DNA of 64,000 bases from Promethearchaeota archaeon (lineage in GTDB: Archaea; Asgardarchaeota; Lokiarchaeia; Sigyniarchaeales; SOKP01). Location of the stretch: NCBI GenBank assembly GCA_048940925.1, contig JBHLOC010000002.1:64001-128000 (forward strand), written 5' to 3'. Numbering within the stretch: the first letter of the stretch is position 1; each line of letters opens with the position of its first letter. Both the position numbers and the translations under genes were made by a program. Of the stretch, positions 11,285 through 21,636 are shown one piece after another. Under the pieces are notes generated by a model. The model was given only the letters and a program-made list of their open reading frames with translations, searched no databases and was not told the origin of the DNA.

Positions 11285-12282
11285 GAATTATTATTGTTCA
11301 AAAACATTTTAAGAATTTCTCCCGCCAACGAATAAGGATCTAAAGATTTTTTAATAGCTTTATCAATATATTGCTCTATTTTTTCATCAGAATTTATCAA
11401 TTCTTCTACTTTTTTAGTTAATTTGTGTTTCAATATTTCAATTGTTTCACTTTTAATCCTATTTTTTATGTAGTTTGAAATAACTCCTGATTCTTCCAAA
11501 AAGTGTTTATGATTTTTTATGAGTTCAAGAAGTTTTTCAAAATTTTCTCCTGTTTTTGAATTTACTTTTGTGATTTCTGGTGTCCATTGAATTAATTTAG
11601 CAAACTTAACACTGAACTCCGTTGATTCGTATTTATAACTATTTCTAAATTCAAGCATTTGTTTGATTTCAGCTTCTTTCTTATCTGCACCAGGTAAATC
11701 CATTTTGTTCACAACAAAAATATCTGTTATTTCCATAATTCCCGCTTTGATTGCTTGAATGTCATCTCCTAAACCGGGAACCAATAATACAACCACTGTT
11801 TCAGCAGATTTGAAGATATCTACTTCAGATTGTCCAACGCCAACTGTCTCAATTATTATAATATCACATCCATAGGCATCAAGTATTTTTATTACATCCT
11901 CTGTAGCTCTAGCCAGCCCTCCTAGCTGACCTCTATTAGCCATACTTCTAATAAATACATTATCGAGTGAGAAATTTTGTTTCATTCGAATTCTATCTCC
12001 TAAAAGAGCTCCACCAGTTAAAGGAGAAGTAGGATCAACACAAATAATGCCAACTTTCTTATCCTGATCAACATACATTTTTGTTAATGTTGAGATAAAG
12101 GTAGATTTACCAGTACCAGGAGCCCCTGTAATACCTAATATGTATGCATTTCCAGTATGTTCATAAATGGAATTGATAATTTGTTCTGCTGCATCTATAT
12201 CATTTTCAACAAAAGTAATTAAGCGAGCTGCAGCTCTAGGGTTTCCTTCTAATAAACGAGAGATAAAATTAGAGTAGTCCAT
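11281..12282 (-). CDS. meaB: MeaB/ArgK GTPase, methylmalonyl-CoA mutase chaperone
   Basis: GITGAPGTGKST, DPTSPLTGGALLGDRIRM, IETVGVGQSE, NKMD. Confidence 0.95.
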   Translation of the reverse strand: MDYSNFISRLLEGNPRAAARLITFVENDIDAAEQIINSIYEHTGNAYILGITGAPGTGKSTFISTLTKMYVDQDKKVGIICVDPTSPLTGGALLGDRIRMKQNFSLDNVFIRSMANRGQLGGLARATEDVIKILDAYGCDIIIIETVGVGQSEVDIFKSAETVVVLLVPGLGDDIQAIKAGIMEITDIFVVNKMDLPGADKKEAEIKQMLEFRNSYKYESTEFSVKFAKLIQWTPEITKVNSKTGENFEKLLELIKNHKHFLEESGVISNYIKNRIKSETIEILKHKLTKKVEELINSDEKIEQYIDKAIKKSLDPYSLAGEILKMFLNNNNS

Positions 12283-12289
12283 TCTGATA

Positions 12290-12691
12290 TTATCTTTTTA
12301 AATTATTTCTAACAAATTCGACAATTGTTTTTAAGTCAGTGCCAGGACCATAAAAACCTTTTAAACCATGCTTTTCTAAAAAAGGTTTATCTTCATCAGG
12401 AATAATTCCCCCAACTGCAACAAGAACATCATCTATACCATGTTCTTTTAACTTGTCCATGATTATTGGACATAATGCATTATGAGCTCCCGACAACATA
12501 CTTAACATTACTGCATCAGGATCTTCCTGAATAACAGTATTCACAACATCATCTGGAGTCTGGTGAATTCCTGTGTAAATTACCTCCATTCCAGCATCCC
12601 TTAGAGCCCTAGCAAGAACTTTCGCACCTCTGTCATGACCGTTCAAACCTGGCTTACATACAAGAATTTTTATTTTTTTACTTTCTGACAT
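12290..12691 (-). CDS. Acyl-CoA mutase small, cobalamin-binding subunit
   Basis: KPGLNGHDRGAK (DxHxxG variant with N), SMLSGAH, GGIIP, GPGT. Confidence 0.93.
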   Translation of the reverse strand: MSESKKIKILVCKPGLNGHDRGAKVLARALRDAGMEVIYTGIHQTPDDVVNTVIQEDPDAVMLSMLSGAHNALCPIIMDKLKEHGIDDVLVAVGGIIPDEDKPFLEKHGLKGFYGPGTDLKTIVEFVRNNLKR

Positions 12692-12705
12692 TTAATATCA
12701 CCAAA

Positions 12706-14361
12706 TTAAAAAACTGAATCCTCATGATAAGTTCCAAATACTTTTTTTAAAGTATTTATAATTTCTCCTATAGATGCATATTCTCTTACTGCATCAATTA
12801 TAAATGGCATTAAATTTTCTGTTCCTTTCGCTGCTTCTTTTAATTTTTCAAGTTTCTTCTTTACTTCATCATTATCTCTTTCTTCCTTTATTTTCTTTAG
12901 CTTTCGAATTTGTTCTTTCGCAACTTCTTCATCAATCTTTAAAAGAGGAACATTACAAGGTTCTCGTTGTTCAAATTGATTTACTGCTACAATTGTTCTA
13001 TCTCTATTTTCAATTTCGTTTTGATATTTATAAGAGGCATTAGCAATTTCTTTTTGGAAGAAGTTTGCTTTTATTGCTGGCACAACACCACCAAGATCTT
13101 CTATCCTTTTGAAATAAACTTCTGCTTCTTCTTCCATCTTGTTTGTAAGCCATTCAACAAAATAGGATCCTGCTAATGGATCTACTGTGTCTGTAACACC
13201 TGATTCATGAGCGATTATTTGTTGGGTTCGTAGAGCTATTTTTACAGCGTTTTCAGTGGGAAGACATAATGCTTCATCAAAAGAATTAGTATGTAAAGAT
13301 TGTGTTCCTCCCAAGACAGAAGCTAGAGCTTGTATTGTTACTCTAGCAATATTGTTTTCTGGCTCTTGAGCTGTCAATGAAACACCAGCAGTTTGGGTAT
13401 GAAACCGTAATCGCATCGATTCAGACTTTTTTGCTCCATATCTATTTTTCATATGTCTAGCCCATATTCGCCTGGCAGCTCGATATTTACATATTTCCTC
13501 AAAAAAATTATTATGAGAATTAAAGAAAAAGGATAATCGGGGAGCAAAATCATCGATATCTAACTCTCTCTCAAGTGCAGCTTCCACATATGCAAATCCA
13601 TCTGCTAAAGTGAATGCTAATTCTTGAACAGCTGTAGATCCTGCTTCCCTTATATGATATCCACTAATGCTAATTGTATACCACTGAGGCACATGTTTTG
13701 TACAATACTCTATTGTATCGACTATAATTCGCATGGATGGTTCCGGAGGAAAAATCCATGATTTCTGGGCAATATATTCTTTTAAAATATCATTTTGAAT
13801 CGTTCCTCTCAATTGTTCTGGAGTATGACCTTGTTTTTCAGCAGTTACAATATATAAAGCTAGTAATATTGAAGCGGGACCATTTATAGTCATAGAAGTG
13901 CTTATTTTAGAAAGATCAATACCCTCAAATAAAGTCTCCATATCTTTCAGAGTGTCTATTGCGACACCCTCTTTTCCAATTTCTCCTAAAGCTCTCGAAT
14001 CAGTTGCTTCGATCCCATATATGGTATGTAAGCTAAAAGCTACACTTAATCCAGTATTACCATGATCAATTAAAAATTTATATCGCTCGTTGGTCTGTTC
14101 TGCCGTTCCAAATCCCGCGAATTCTCGCATCGTCCATAGTTGTCCTCTATACATATTTGGATATGATCCTCGAATAAAAGGATATTGCCCTGGAAATCCC
14201 AAGTCAAGAGCATAATTCAAATCTTTAATGTCATTAGGAGTATATAAACGTTTGATTTCAATATCAGACAAATTTCTAAAACTTTCATTTCTTTCTTTCT
14301 TAAGTGATATAGAATTCTCCCATTCTTCCTTTTCTTGTTCAATTTTGTCATATTCAGTCAT
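12706..14361 (-). CDS. Methylmalonyl-CoA mutase family large subunit
   Basis: PGQYPFIRG...WTMREFAGFG, GTIQNDILKE, SISGYHIREAG, QSLHTNSFDEA. Confidence 0.95.
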   Translation of the reverse strand: MTEYDKIEQEKEEWENSISLKKERNESFRNLSDIEIKRLYTPNDIKDLNYALDLGFPGQYPFIRGSYPNMYRGQLWTMREFAGFGTAEQTNERYKFLIDHGNTGLSVAFSLHTIYGIEATDSRALGEIGKEGVAIDTLKDMETLFEGIDLSKISTSMTINGPASILLALYIVTAEKQGHTPEQLRGTIQNDILKEYIAQKSWIFPPEPSMRIIVDTIEYCTKHVPQWYTISISGYHIREAGSTAVQELAFTLADGFAYVEAALERELDIDDFAPRLSFFFNSHNNFFEEICKYRAARRIWARHMKNRYGAKKSESMRLRFHTQTAGVSLTAQEPENNIARVTIQALASVLGGTQSLHTNSFDEALCLPTENAVKIALRTQQIIAHESGVTDTVDPLAGSYFVEWLTNKMEEEAEVYFKRIEDLGGVVPAIKANFFQKEIANASYKYQNEIENRDRTIVAVNQFEQREPCNVPLLKIDEEVAKEQIRKLKKIKEERDNDEVKKKLEKLKEAAKGTENLMPFIIDAVREYASIGEIINTLKKVFGTYHEDSVF

Positions 14362-14615
14362 TATTATTATCCCTCTAAGGATACCCTTAAAGTTTAATCA
14401 ATTATTTTATGATAATCAGTTCTTCAATTAGATAAGAGTTTAAAATTATTTTAACTTTATTTTATCAATTTTAAGAGAAAAAGAATTATTATAAAATTTG
14501 GTTTTCAACCTTTAATCCAAATATTGAGTATACTCTGTTTTTCACCAAATTATTTAATTTATAATTTCAAATATTTTATTATTCAATACTTCACAAAAGA
14601 TTTATGGTGAAATAA

Positions 14616-15098
14616 TTGAAAAAGGTAAAACCTTATATCAAGTTAAAAAGAGAAGCGAAAGAGTCAGGTATGATGAATTTACCTTTAACTGAAGTATATT
14701 TTAGTAAACAAGAGAGAAACAGTCAAGTAAATCCCGATGTACATTATAAAGTCAGGAAATTTCTTAAAAGAATTATCACTGATAAGACATTAAGACAAGA
14801 GGCTTCTTTACTACAAAATCATCAGAGATTCAATAATTATATGATTCCCAGTTTAAGATTGTACATCGAAATTGATGACATCCCCATTAAAATATGGGGA
14901 TTTGCAAAAACACCTCACGCGTTTCATATGAAAATTTATTGTGATAATAAAGATACAATGCGTGAGATTGCAAAAATTGCATTTGCACTATTTAAAAAAG
15001 GGGATCTTATCGAAAAAACAGATTGGGATGCTGTTGAATCTATATTTAATGTTAATCACGAGGAATGTATATCGATATGGAAAGCAATATTAAATTAG
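14616..15098 (+). CDS. Hypothetical protein
   Basis: 160-aa ORF with a TTG start after a GGTGA SD-like motif. Confidence 0.6.
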   Translation: MKKVKPYIKLKREAKESGMMNLPLTEVYFSKQERNSQVNPDVHYKVRKFLKRIITDKTLRQEASLLQNHQRFNNYMIPSLRLYIEIDDIPIKIWGFAKTPHAFHMKIYCDNKDTMREIAKIAFALFKKGDLIEKTDWDAVESIFNVNHEECISIWKAILN

Positions 15099-15278
15099 AA
15101 GGATAATTTCTCCTATTATTTATTCATTAAATAATTAGAAGCATCTTTCAAAGGTAATTTTTGATTTTGGTAAATATTATTTACTTTATAAAAACTCTTA
15201 TTGAATCTTAAAAGAATTTGATTTTAATTTTATTTCACCTAATTTAAGATTAATAAATATCAAAGACTATAATTAATC

Positions 15279-16019
15279 ATGACTAAACTTATCTATCTTG
15301 GGTGTTTAAGCACCAGATCCTATGAATCAACTTGTAAAAACGCGATAAAAATCATTCAATTCTTAGACAGTGAATATCAAGTTCTAGAAAATGTTCCATG
15401 TTGTGGTTCTTTAGCTTATAACATTACTTTAGAAGAAAATATGAAAGAACATGTAAAGTCTGTAAATGAATGGTTTAAAACTAATAATATAACTGAACTT
15501 GTAACGATATGTGCAGGCTGTTATTCTTATTTATCTCGTTATTATAAAGAATTTTTAGGATCTGAATTCAATGTTCAAATAAAACACTTATTACAATTTA
15601 TTACTGAACCTGAAAATTTAGAAAAGTTAAATCTAAAGTATTCAGGAAAACCACTCAAAGTAAATTATCATGACGCATGTCATTTACGCAATGCTCCAGT
15701 TCCAATATTAGAAGAACCAAGAACTATATTAAACTCGATCGAGAACATTGAATTAGTAGAATCTGATTATAATAAAACAAAAAGCATTTGTTGTGGAGCA
15801 GGAGGGGGTGTTTATTCAATTTTTAAGGAAAATAGTGATTATAATGCGAAAGCAATTTTTAACAATATGAAAAAAGGGAAAGCTCTATTGACTGCTTGCC
15901 CTTTTTGCTATACTGCGTTGAAACGTATAAAGGAAGAGAATAACATACGGAAACTTGTTATCAAATTTGAAGATTTTATAGTAAAGATTATGGAGGGAGT
16001 TGATCCTATAAGTGAGTGA
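15279..16019 (+). CDS. CCG-domain Fe-S protein (LutA/HdrB/GlpC-like)
   Basis: CCG, CAGC, YHDACHL, CCGAGGG, ACPFC. Confidence 0.88.
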   Translation: MTKLIYLGCLSTRSYESTCKNAIKIIQFLDSEYQVLENVPCCGSLAYNITLEENMKEHVKSVNEWFKTNNITELVTICAGCYSYLSRYYKEFLGSEFNVQIKHLLQFITEPENLEKLNLKYSGKPLKVNYHDACHLRNAPVPILEEPRTILNSIENIELVESDYNKTKSICCGAGGGVYSIFKENSDYNAKAIFNNMKKGKALLTACPFCYTALKRIKEENNIRKLVIKFEDFIVKIMEGVDPISE

Positions 16020-17316
16020 TAAAGGAAAAGAGTTATATAAAAAAGTAAAGGACAAAATAAAAATTCGGCACACAAAAGGAACCCTAGAAAACAAATTTGG
16101 GAACTTCTGGACAATAGCTTGGAATTTAAAATTTAAACAGCATGATTTGCGATATTTATATGATAACTCAAGTCGAGAGTTTGTAGAGAAATATAGAGAT
16201 CGACTTATTGCAATAAAAGAAGAATTTGTAAATAATATGGATTACTATGTAGAGAAATGTATTAAAGTAATGCGGGAAGCAAATGATATGAAAGTTTTTT
16301 ATGCAAAAACAAACGAGGAAGCTCATGATATTTTTATGAAAGAAATCGGAGATGCAACAGTAATATATAAATCGAAATCAAATGAAGCAAAAGATATTGG
16401 GATTATTGATGTATTAAAGAAAAATAACATTAAAATTAAAGAGACTGATTTAGGAGACGTTCTTGTAGAATTATTCGATTATAAATTGCCCAAATTTGGC
16501 GTAGGTCCTGGAGCACATTTTACACGTGAAGAAATTGTTGCTAAAATAAAAGAAGTTCACGGGGTAGAACTCGAACCATCAGCAAAAGCTATTGTTGAAT
16601 ATTATAGAAATACTTATCGTAAGGAATTACTTAATGACGTTAAAATATCATTAACTTCTGCTAATGCTATATCTGCTGAAGATGGTACAATTGTGCTTGG
16701 AGAAAATGAAGGAAACATATCACTCTTAACAAGGGCGACTGAAAAGCATATTGTTCTATGTGGGATTACCAAAATTGTTCCTACCATCCTAGACGCTGTA
16801 CTTGTGGCAAAATTGCAAACTAGAATAAATAACGTGTCTTTTAACTATATTAATCTTATTTCAGGCCCTTCTGCTACAGCTGATATTCAAGGTGAAAAAG
16901 TAATAGGGATGTACGGCGCTAAAGAGGTTGTTGTAATTCTTGTCGATGACTGGCGTACAAAAGCTTTGAAAGAAGATTTACCATATAAAGAATTTTTAAA
17001 GTGCATTGGTTGTAGAACATGTAACTATGCCTGCACAGCATCACGAGCTTTCGGAAATATTTTCGCATCAAAGTATGGGTTAGGAGCCGATGGAATTATT
17101 CGAGATTATATTCATAATGGACTTGAAGCTGCTGTTAAAGATGGGTTATACCTTTGTACTGGTTGTGAAAATTGCCTTCATTGGTGTCCTGTATCTATTA
17201 ATCTAGGTGTAATCATGAAATCAATTAAGAAAGAAGCAACCGCTGCCGGATTATGTCCCCCTCCTTTAAAGGAATATCAAGAAAAAATACTTAAAGAAAA
17301 AAATCCATTTAAATAA
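16012..17316 (+). CDS. LUD-domain 4Fe-4S protein (LutB-like)
   Basis: KSKS, ETDLGD, ENEGN, ISGPSATADI, CIGCRTC...C and CTGCENC...CP. Overlaps the CCG gene by 8 nt. Confidence 0.85.
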   Translation: MSDKGKELYKKVKDKIKIRHTKGTLENKFGNFWTIAWNLKFKQHDLRYLYDNSSREFVEKYRDRLIAIKEEFVNNMDYYVEKCIKVMREANDMKVFYAKTNEEAHDIFMKEIGDATVIYKSKSNEAKDIGIIDVLKKNNIKIKETDLGDVLVELFDYKLPKFGVGPGAHFTREEIVAKIKEVHGVELEPSAKAIVEYYRNTYRKELLNDVKISLTSANAISAEDGTIVLGENEGNISLLTRATEKHIVLCGITKIVPTILDAVLVAKLQTRINNVSFNYINLISGPSATADIQGEKVIGMYGAKEVVVILVDDWRTKALKEDLPYKEFLKCIGCRTCNYACTASRAFGNIFASKYGLGADGIIRDYIHNGLEAAVKDGLYLCTGCENCLHWCPVSINLGVIMKSIKKEATAAGLCPPPLKEYQEKILKEKNPFK

Positions 17317-17344
17317 GCTAATCATATTTTCGTTTAAAAAAAGA

Positions 17345-18226
17345 TTATGCTAAATAAGTAAGCATAAATTCTACTAATTTTCCAAATTTTTTAACATTCT
17401 CATATATGTTTGGAGAATTCTCTTCTAAAAAATTTTTAAAAGTATCCCAACTTCCTTTTTTTTCATCAGGTACTTCTTTTATAATCTTTTTCACTGGTTC
17501 AAAATAGCTTGGATAAATTAACTCATCATTCATTCTGTTTCCATAATCAGACATAAGGAACAAGTAATATTCTTTCAAATCTTCAGGATCTAATACACCT
17601 GGAGGTTTATTTCCATCCCCTGCTCTTCTTCCCCGTAACATCTTGGTGTCAACTTGGGTGGGTAGTATCATATTTACCGCTATATTTTCCCTTTTATATT
17701 CCATAGCTAATTCCTTTTGTAACCCCACAACTCCATATTTCGAAGCCGTATATGACGAAAATCTTCCCATTACTGAGGGATATACAGCACTTCCAGTTAT
17801 TATAAATCTTGCTTTATCATTATTATCATCTTTTTTTAAATATGGATAAGCTGCTCTAAATGTATGAAAAACTCCTATAATATTAGCGTTAATAACCATT
17901 GCAAATTTTTCAGGAGGTACTTCGTGAGCACTCGCCATCCAGGACGCACCTGCATTTGCGATTACTCCATTTAATAATCCCAATTCCTCATGAAACACCC
18001 TAAAGATTTTTTCAACTTCATCATATTTAGTAATATCACCACTTTGCACAAACACTTTAACTTCAAGTCCTAATTCTTCAATTTCTTTTTTAACTTTATT
18101 TAATTGCTCTAAAGTTCTCGAAGTTAATCCGATATTTGCTCCTTCTTTAGCAAATGCTATTGCTACAGCTCTACCAATGCCTCTACCTGAACCTGTAATC
18201 ACAATGTTTTTTCCTTTTAATAACAT
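17345..18226 (-). CDS. Short-chain dehydrogenase/reductase
   Basis: TGSGRGIG, NAG, YTASK. Confidence 0.92.
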   Translation of the reverse strand: MLLKGKNIVITGSGRGIGRAVAIAFAKEGANIGLTSRTLEQLNKVKKEIEELGLEVKVFVQSGDITKYDEVEKIFRVFHEELGLLNGVIANAGASWMASAHEVPPEKFAMVINANIIGVFHTFRAAYPYLKKDDNNDKARFIITGSAVYPSVMGRFSSYTASKYGVVGLQKELAMEYKRENIAVNMILPTQVDTKMLRGRRAGDGNKPPGVLDPEDLKEYYLFLMSDYGNRMNDELIYPSYFEPVKKIIKEVPDEKKGSWDTFKNFLEENSPNIYENVKKFGKLVEFMLTYLA

Positions 18227-18281
18227 GATTCATTTCACAATTATATATTAAATTATTAAAAAACAAGACACATTATAAATT

Positions 18282-19415
18282 TTAAGAAGCTCTATATGCT
18301 TCAGAAATAGCTGAACATCCACCACACCTTACACACCCAGCTTTACTTTTTAAAGGATTTACCCCATATTGTTTCATTAATATACCAGTTCTAAGATAAA
18401 TGTCTAATAATTTTTCATAATCTGTAATTGGAAGATCTTTCTTGCCAGGCACTGATCTTACAGGTGTGATGTAAGGAATTACTCCTAATGCGATAACTTC
18501 TTCTACAGCTTCCATGAATTCATTTCTGTTTTCACCAAATCCAGTTAAAATGTAAGTACTTACTTGATTATCACCAAAAACCTTAATAGCATGTTTCCAA
18601 TTCTTTTTATATAACTCATAAGACAGGTGAGCTTTTCCAGGTGTAATCTTTTCCCTTATGTTTTCATCTAATATTTCAATATGGATGCCGATAGTATCTG
18701 CTCCCGCTTCGTTTAACTTATCAATATACCGCATATCTTCTAATGCTTCAATTTGAACATGTAGAGGTATATCTGGATGATTCTCTTTTATTCCCTTTAA
18801 TAACTCAATATATCGATTTGCTCCTTTATCGATACTTTCTTCAGTTCCACTAGTTAAAGTCATATGGGAACATCTTCCTTCTTTCTTAGCAGCAGAAATA
18901 ACCTCTGACATTTGTATATAGTTTTTTTCTGCAATTGTTGTGTCGTAGGTTAGACTTAATTCAATACCACAAAATTCACACGCTTCTCCGCAAGCCCAAT
19001 ATATACATTTTTGGTATATAGTGCTAGCTAAACAGTCTATTCCATGGACTAAAGCAATTTTCTTCATTTCAATTCCATCAGAAGTCGTACTATTATAAAA
19101 TTGAGGATTTTCAACGAGTTTCAATTTACCAAAATATGCTCCTGTATTCTTGTCATATACATCAAAAAACCCATCTTTTTTCTCTCCTAATCTTAGACTT
19201 GTCTTTTGTGGATTATTCCAAAGTGCAACATTTATTAAAGTACTATTATCCTCTAATAAGAAGTACCTCCCTCCTAAAGGTCCTGCACCACCTTTTCTAC
19301 CGAAATCAATTTCTATTCCCTGTGATTTATAATGATCGATTAATACGTCATCTAAATATAAACCCTTACAGAGTAATTCTGTTTTCTTTTCAAAGGCAGT
19401 CTGAATATTAATCAT
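18282..19415 (-). CDS. Radical SAM protein, MSMEG_0568-like family
   Basis: RKGGAGP, C-x8-C-x2-C (CIYWACGEACEFCG), TLTSGT, C-terminal KAGCVRCGGCS. Confidence 0.8.
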   Translation of the reverse strand: MINIQTAFEKKTELLCKGLYLDDVLIDHYKSQGIEIDFGRKGGAGPLGGRYFLLEDNSTLINVALWNNPQKTSLRLGEKKDGFFDVYDKNTGAYFGKLKLVENPQFYNSTTSDGIEMKKIALVHGIDCLASTIYQKCIYWACGEACEFCGIELSLTYDTTIAEKNYIQMSEVISAAKKEGRCSHMTLTSGTEESIDKGANRYIELLKGIKENHPDIPLHVQIEALEDMRYIDKLNEAGADTIGIHIEILDENIREKITPGKAHLSYELYKKNWKHAIKVFGDNQVSTYILTGFGENRNEFMEAVEEVIALGVIPYITPVRSVPGKKDLPITDYEKLLDIYLRTGILMKQYGVNPLKSKAGCVRCGGCSAISEAYRAS

Positions 19416-19740
19416 GAGTTTTTAAAATAAAAAGAAGGTAGTCGTAAATATCGTGAGTTACTAAATATTAAATGTATTTAATTTTAAGTCTTATCAAAAA
19501 TAATAAAAAAAAGGATTGGTCATTATTTTAGCAATCTTTTTCTTCTAATCTTTTATAGAGATATATTGAATCTAAAACTTCAAAATATTTAATAATTCGA
19601 TTTTCCCAAGTTTAAAATTAACTTATAATTCAACCTTGAGAGTGTCAAAAAATTTATTAGAAATACGGTATTTATAATCTCAATTGTTTATTTGTATTTG
19701 TAAATTACTTTATTACTTCAATTAAAAAAGGTGTATTATC

Positions 19741-20373
19741 ATCGCCCATAAACGTCCGTGGCACTGTTATTCGAAATGGACTCGTAGACCATATCAATAT
19801 AAGAGATCATCTAATCGTAGACGAGAGTTTGCTCGAGGGGGAGCCCAAAGTAAGATAGTGAGATACTGGGGAGGAAATAAATTAATTCCATGGGAAGATT
19901 GGGACTTAACAGTCTCACTCAAATGTAATCATCAAGTCCAAATTTCATCAAACACACTCGAGGCAATAAGAATCACAATAAATGGTGTACTTCAGCGTAA
20001 ATTGGGTCGACCTAACTATCGACTTAGAGTACGTCCAAAACCATTTCATAAAATAAGAGAAAATCGTATGCTTGCTTTTGCGGGAGCAGATCGCGTCCAA
20101 TCAGGTATGAGAAACTCTTTTGGAAGGTCTACAGGAGTTTGTGCACGAGTAAAAGCAGGACAAATAATTATTGATATTGGCACTTATATAAAGAATCTTC
20201 CTCTTATAAGAGATAGGCTTAGAGTAGCTTCAATGAAAATACCAAGCTCATGTCAAATTGTCGTCACTAAATATAAAACTCCAGAACTTTTAAAACAGTC
20301 AGGTTTACCATTATATGATGCTAAAAAAAGAAGAGAAATCCCACTTTATGAATTACAATTAGCTGAAACCTAA
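19741..20373 (+). CDS. rpl10e: 50S ribosomal protein L10e (uL16); probable ATC start
   Basis: N-terminus AHKRPWHCYSKWTRRPY, LEAIRI, RENRMLAFAGADRVQSGMRNSFG. In-frame TAA at 19723, and no ATG/GTG/TTG precedes the conserved N-terminus. Confidence 0.92.
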   Translation: MAHKRPWHCYSKWTRRPYQYKRSSNRRREFARGGAQSKIVRYWGGNKLIPWEDWDLTVSLKCNHQVQISSNTLEAIRITINGVLQRKLGRPNYRLRVRPKPFHKIRENRMLAFAGADRVQSGMRNSFGRSTGVCARVKAGQIIIDIGTYIKNLPLIRDRLRVASMKIPSSCQIVVTKYKTPELLKQSGLPLYDAKKRREIPLYELQLAET

Positions 20374-20596
20374 AATTAAATAAGATTGTAACTATTTTCT
20401 TGATATTCAAGCTTTTCTTCTACCTTTTTAATACATTCATTAAGAAATTCCTTTTACAGTTAATATTACTAATGATATTAGTTCTATTAATAGTATAACA
20501 TTTGAGGTTCTAATAAGTTCAAAATAAACAATTTATGAGTTGCAAAATAAAACTTAAAACATTAACCATCTTTTTATCTTATATTAAATTAATTGA

Positions 20597-21556
20597 GTGT
20601 GTGAAAGACAATTGGAATATCTAAAAGAAGAAGAGCCAGTAGCTCATAAAATATTATTTACTGGATTAGACTTTGCCGGTAAATCAAGTATAATTCAAGT
20701 TCTTAAACGTGAATTTTCAAAAATTTCTAAAATTCAACCAACAAAAGGGGCTCATAGAAGAGTTTTTACTCTATTAGATAGAGAAGTAAGTGAATGGGAT
20801 CTAGGTGGTCAAGAGACTTATCGAATATCTTACTTAAAAAATCCAAGTAAATTTTTTGATGATACCGAAATTGCGATATATGTTATTGATATCCGGAACA
20901 CTGAACGAATTGATGAGGCATTAAGTTATCTAAAGGATGTGATTACACAGTTTTCAAAATTAAAAATAAATCCTCCAATCAACATTTTTTTTCATAAATG
21001 TGATCCTAGCTTAGTAAGAAGCAGCCTTGACAATTTAAATAATACTATTAGTGAATTGTGGGAACGAATTCAAAAATCTGTTAAATACAACCCTATTCAT
21101 TTTTTTAATACTTCTATATATGATACATATTCTCTTATGAATGCTATGTCTCAAATTTTATTAGAATTATATCCAAAATCGCAATTAATACAAAAAACAA
21201 TTGAAGAATTTGCGAAAAAATTAAATTGTGAAGGATTAATGATTATTGATGACAATACACTGGTTATCGGTGCATATTATGAAAATGAAGAAACTAAGCT
21301 ATTTTTAACAAAAAGTATAGGATATTTTTTAACTCTTAATGATAATTTCTTAGAAATGGGATTAGGAGAACCTGAAGACCAGTTTCTTATACACAAATTA
21401 GGAAAATATTTTCTATTCAAACAATTTAAGATAAAGGGAAGTGTTCAGCCCTATTATGCTTTAATCCTTAAATCGCATAACCCATTTGACTTATATTTCA
21501 TTAAGAAGGAATATAGCATTTTTATTAATATCTTGAATGAAATAATAAGTAAATAA
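20597..21556 (+). CDS. Rag/Gtr-like small GTPase with C-terminal roadblock-like domain (start possibly TTG 20612)
   Basis: GLDFAGKSS, PT, WDLGGQ, HKCD (Rag-type HKxD), TSIYD, plus a roughly 130-aa alpha/beta C-terminal domain. Confidence 0.8.
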   Translation: MCERQLEYLKEEEPVAHKILFTGLDFAGKSSIIQVLKREFSKISKIQPTKGAHRRVFTLLDREVSEWDLGGQETYRISYLKNPSKFFDDTEIAIYVIDIRNTERIDEALSYLKDVITQFSKLKINPPINIFFHKCDPSLVRSSLDNLNNTISELWERIQKSVKYNPIHFFNTSIYDTYSLMNAMSQILLELYPKSQLIQKTIEEFAKKLNCEGLMIIDDNTLVIGAYYENEETKLFLTKSIGYFLTLNDNFLEMGLGEPEDQFLIHKLGKYFLFKQFKIKGSVQPYYALILKSHNPFDLYFIKKEYSIFINILNEIISK

Positions 21557-21636
21557 AATTTTAAATAAAGAGTGGGTTGCTTTTTTTCCTTTTATGCTCA
21601 AATTAGAGCAGTTACATAGTTATGGATGTTTTGCTT

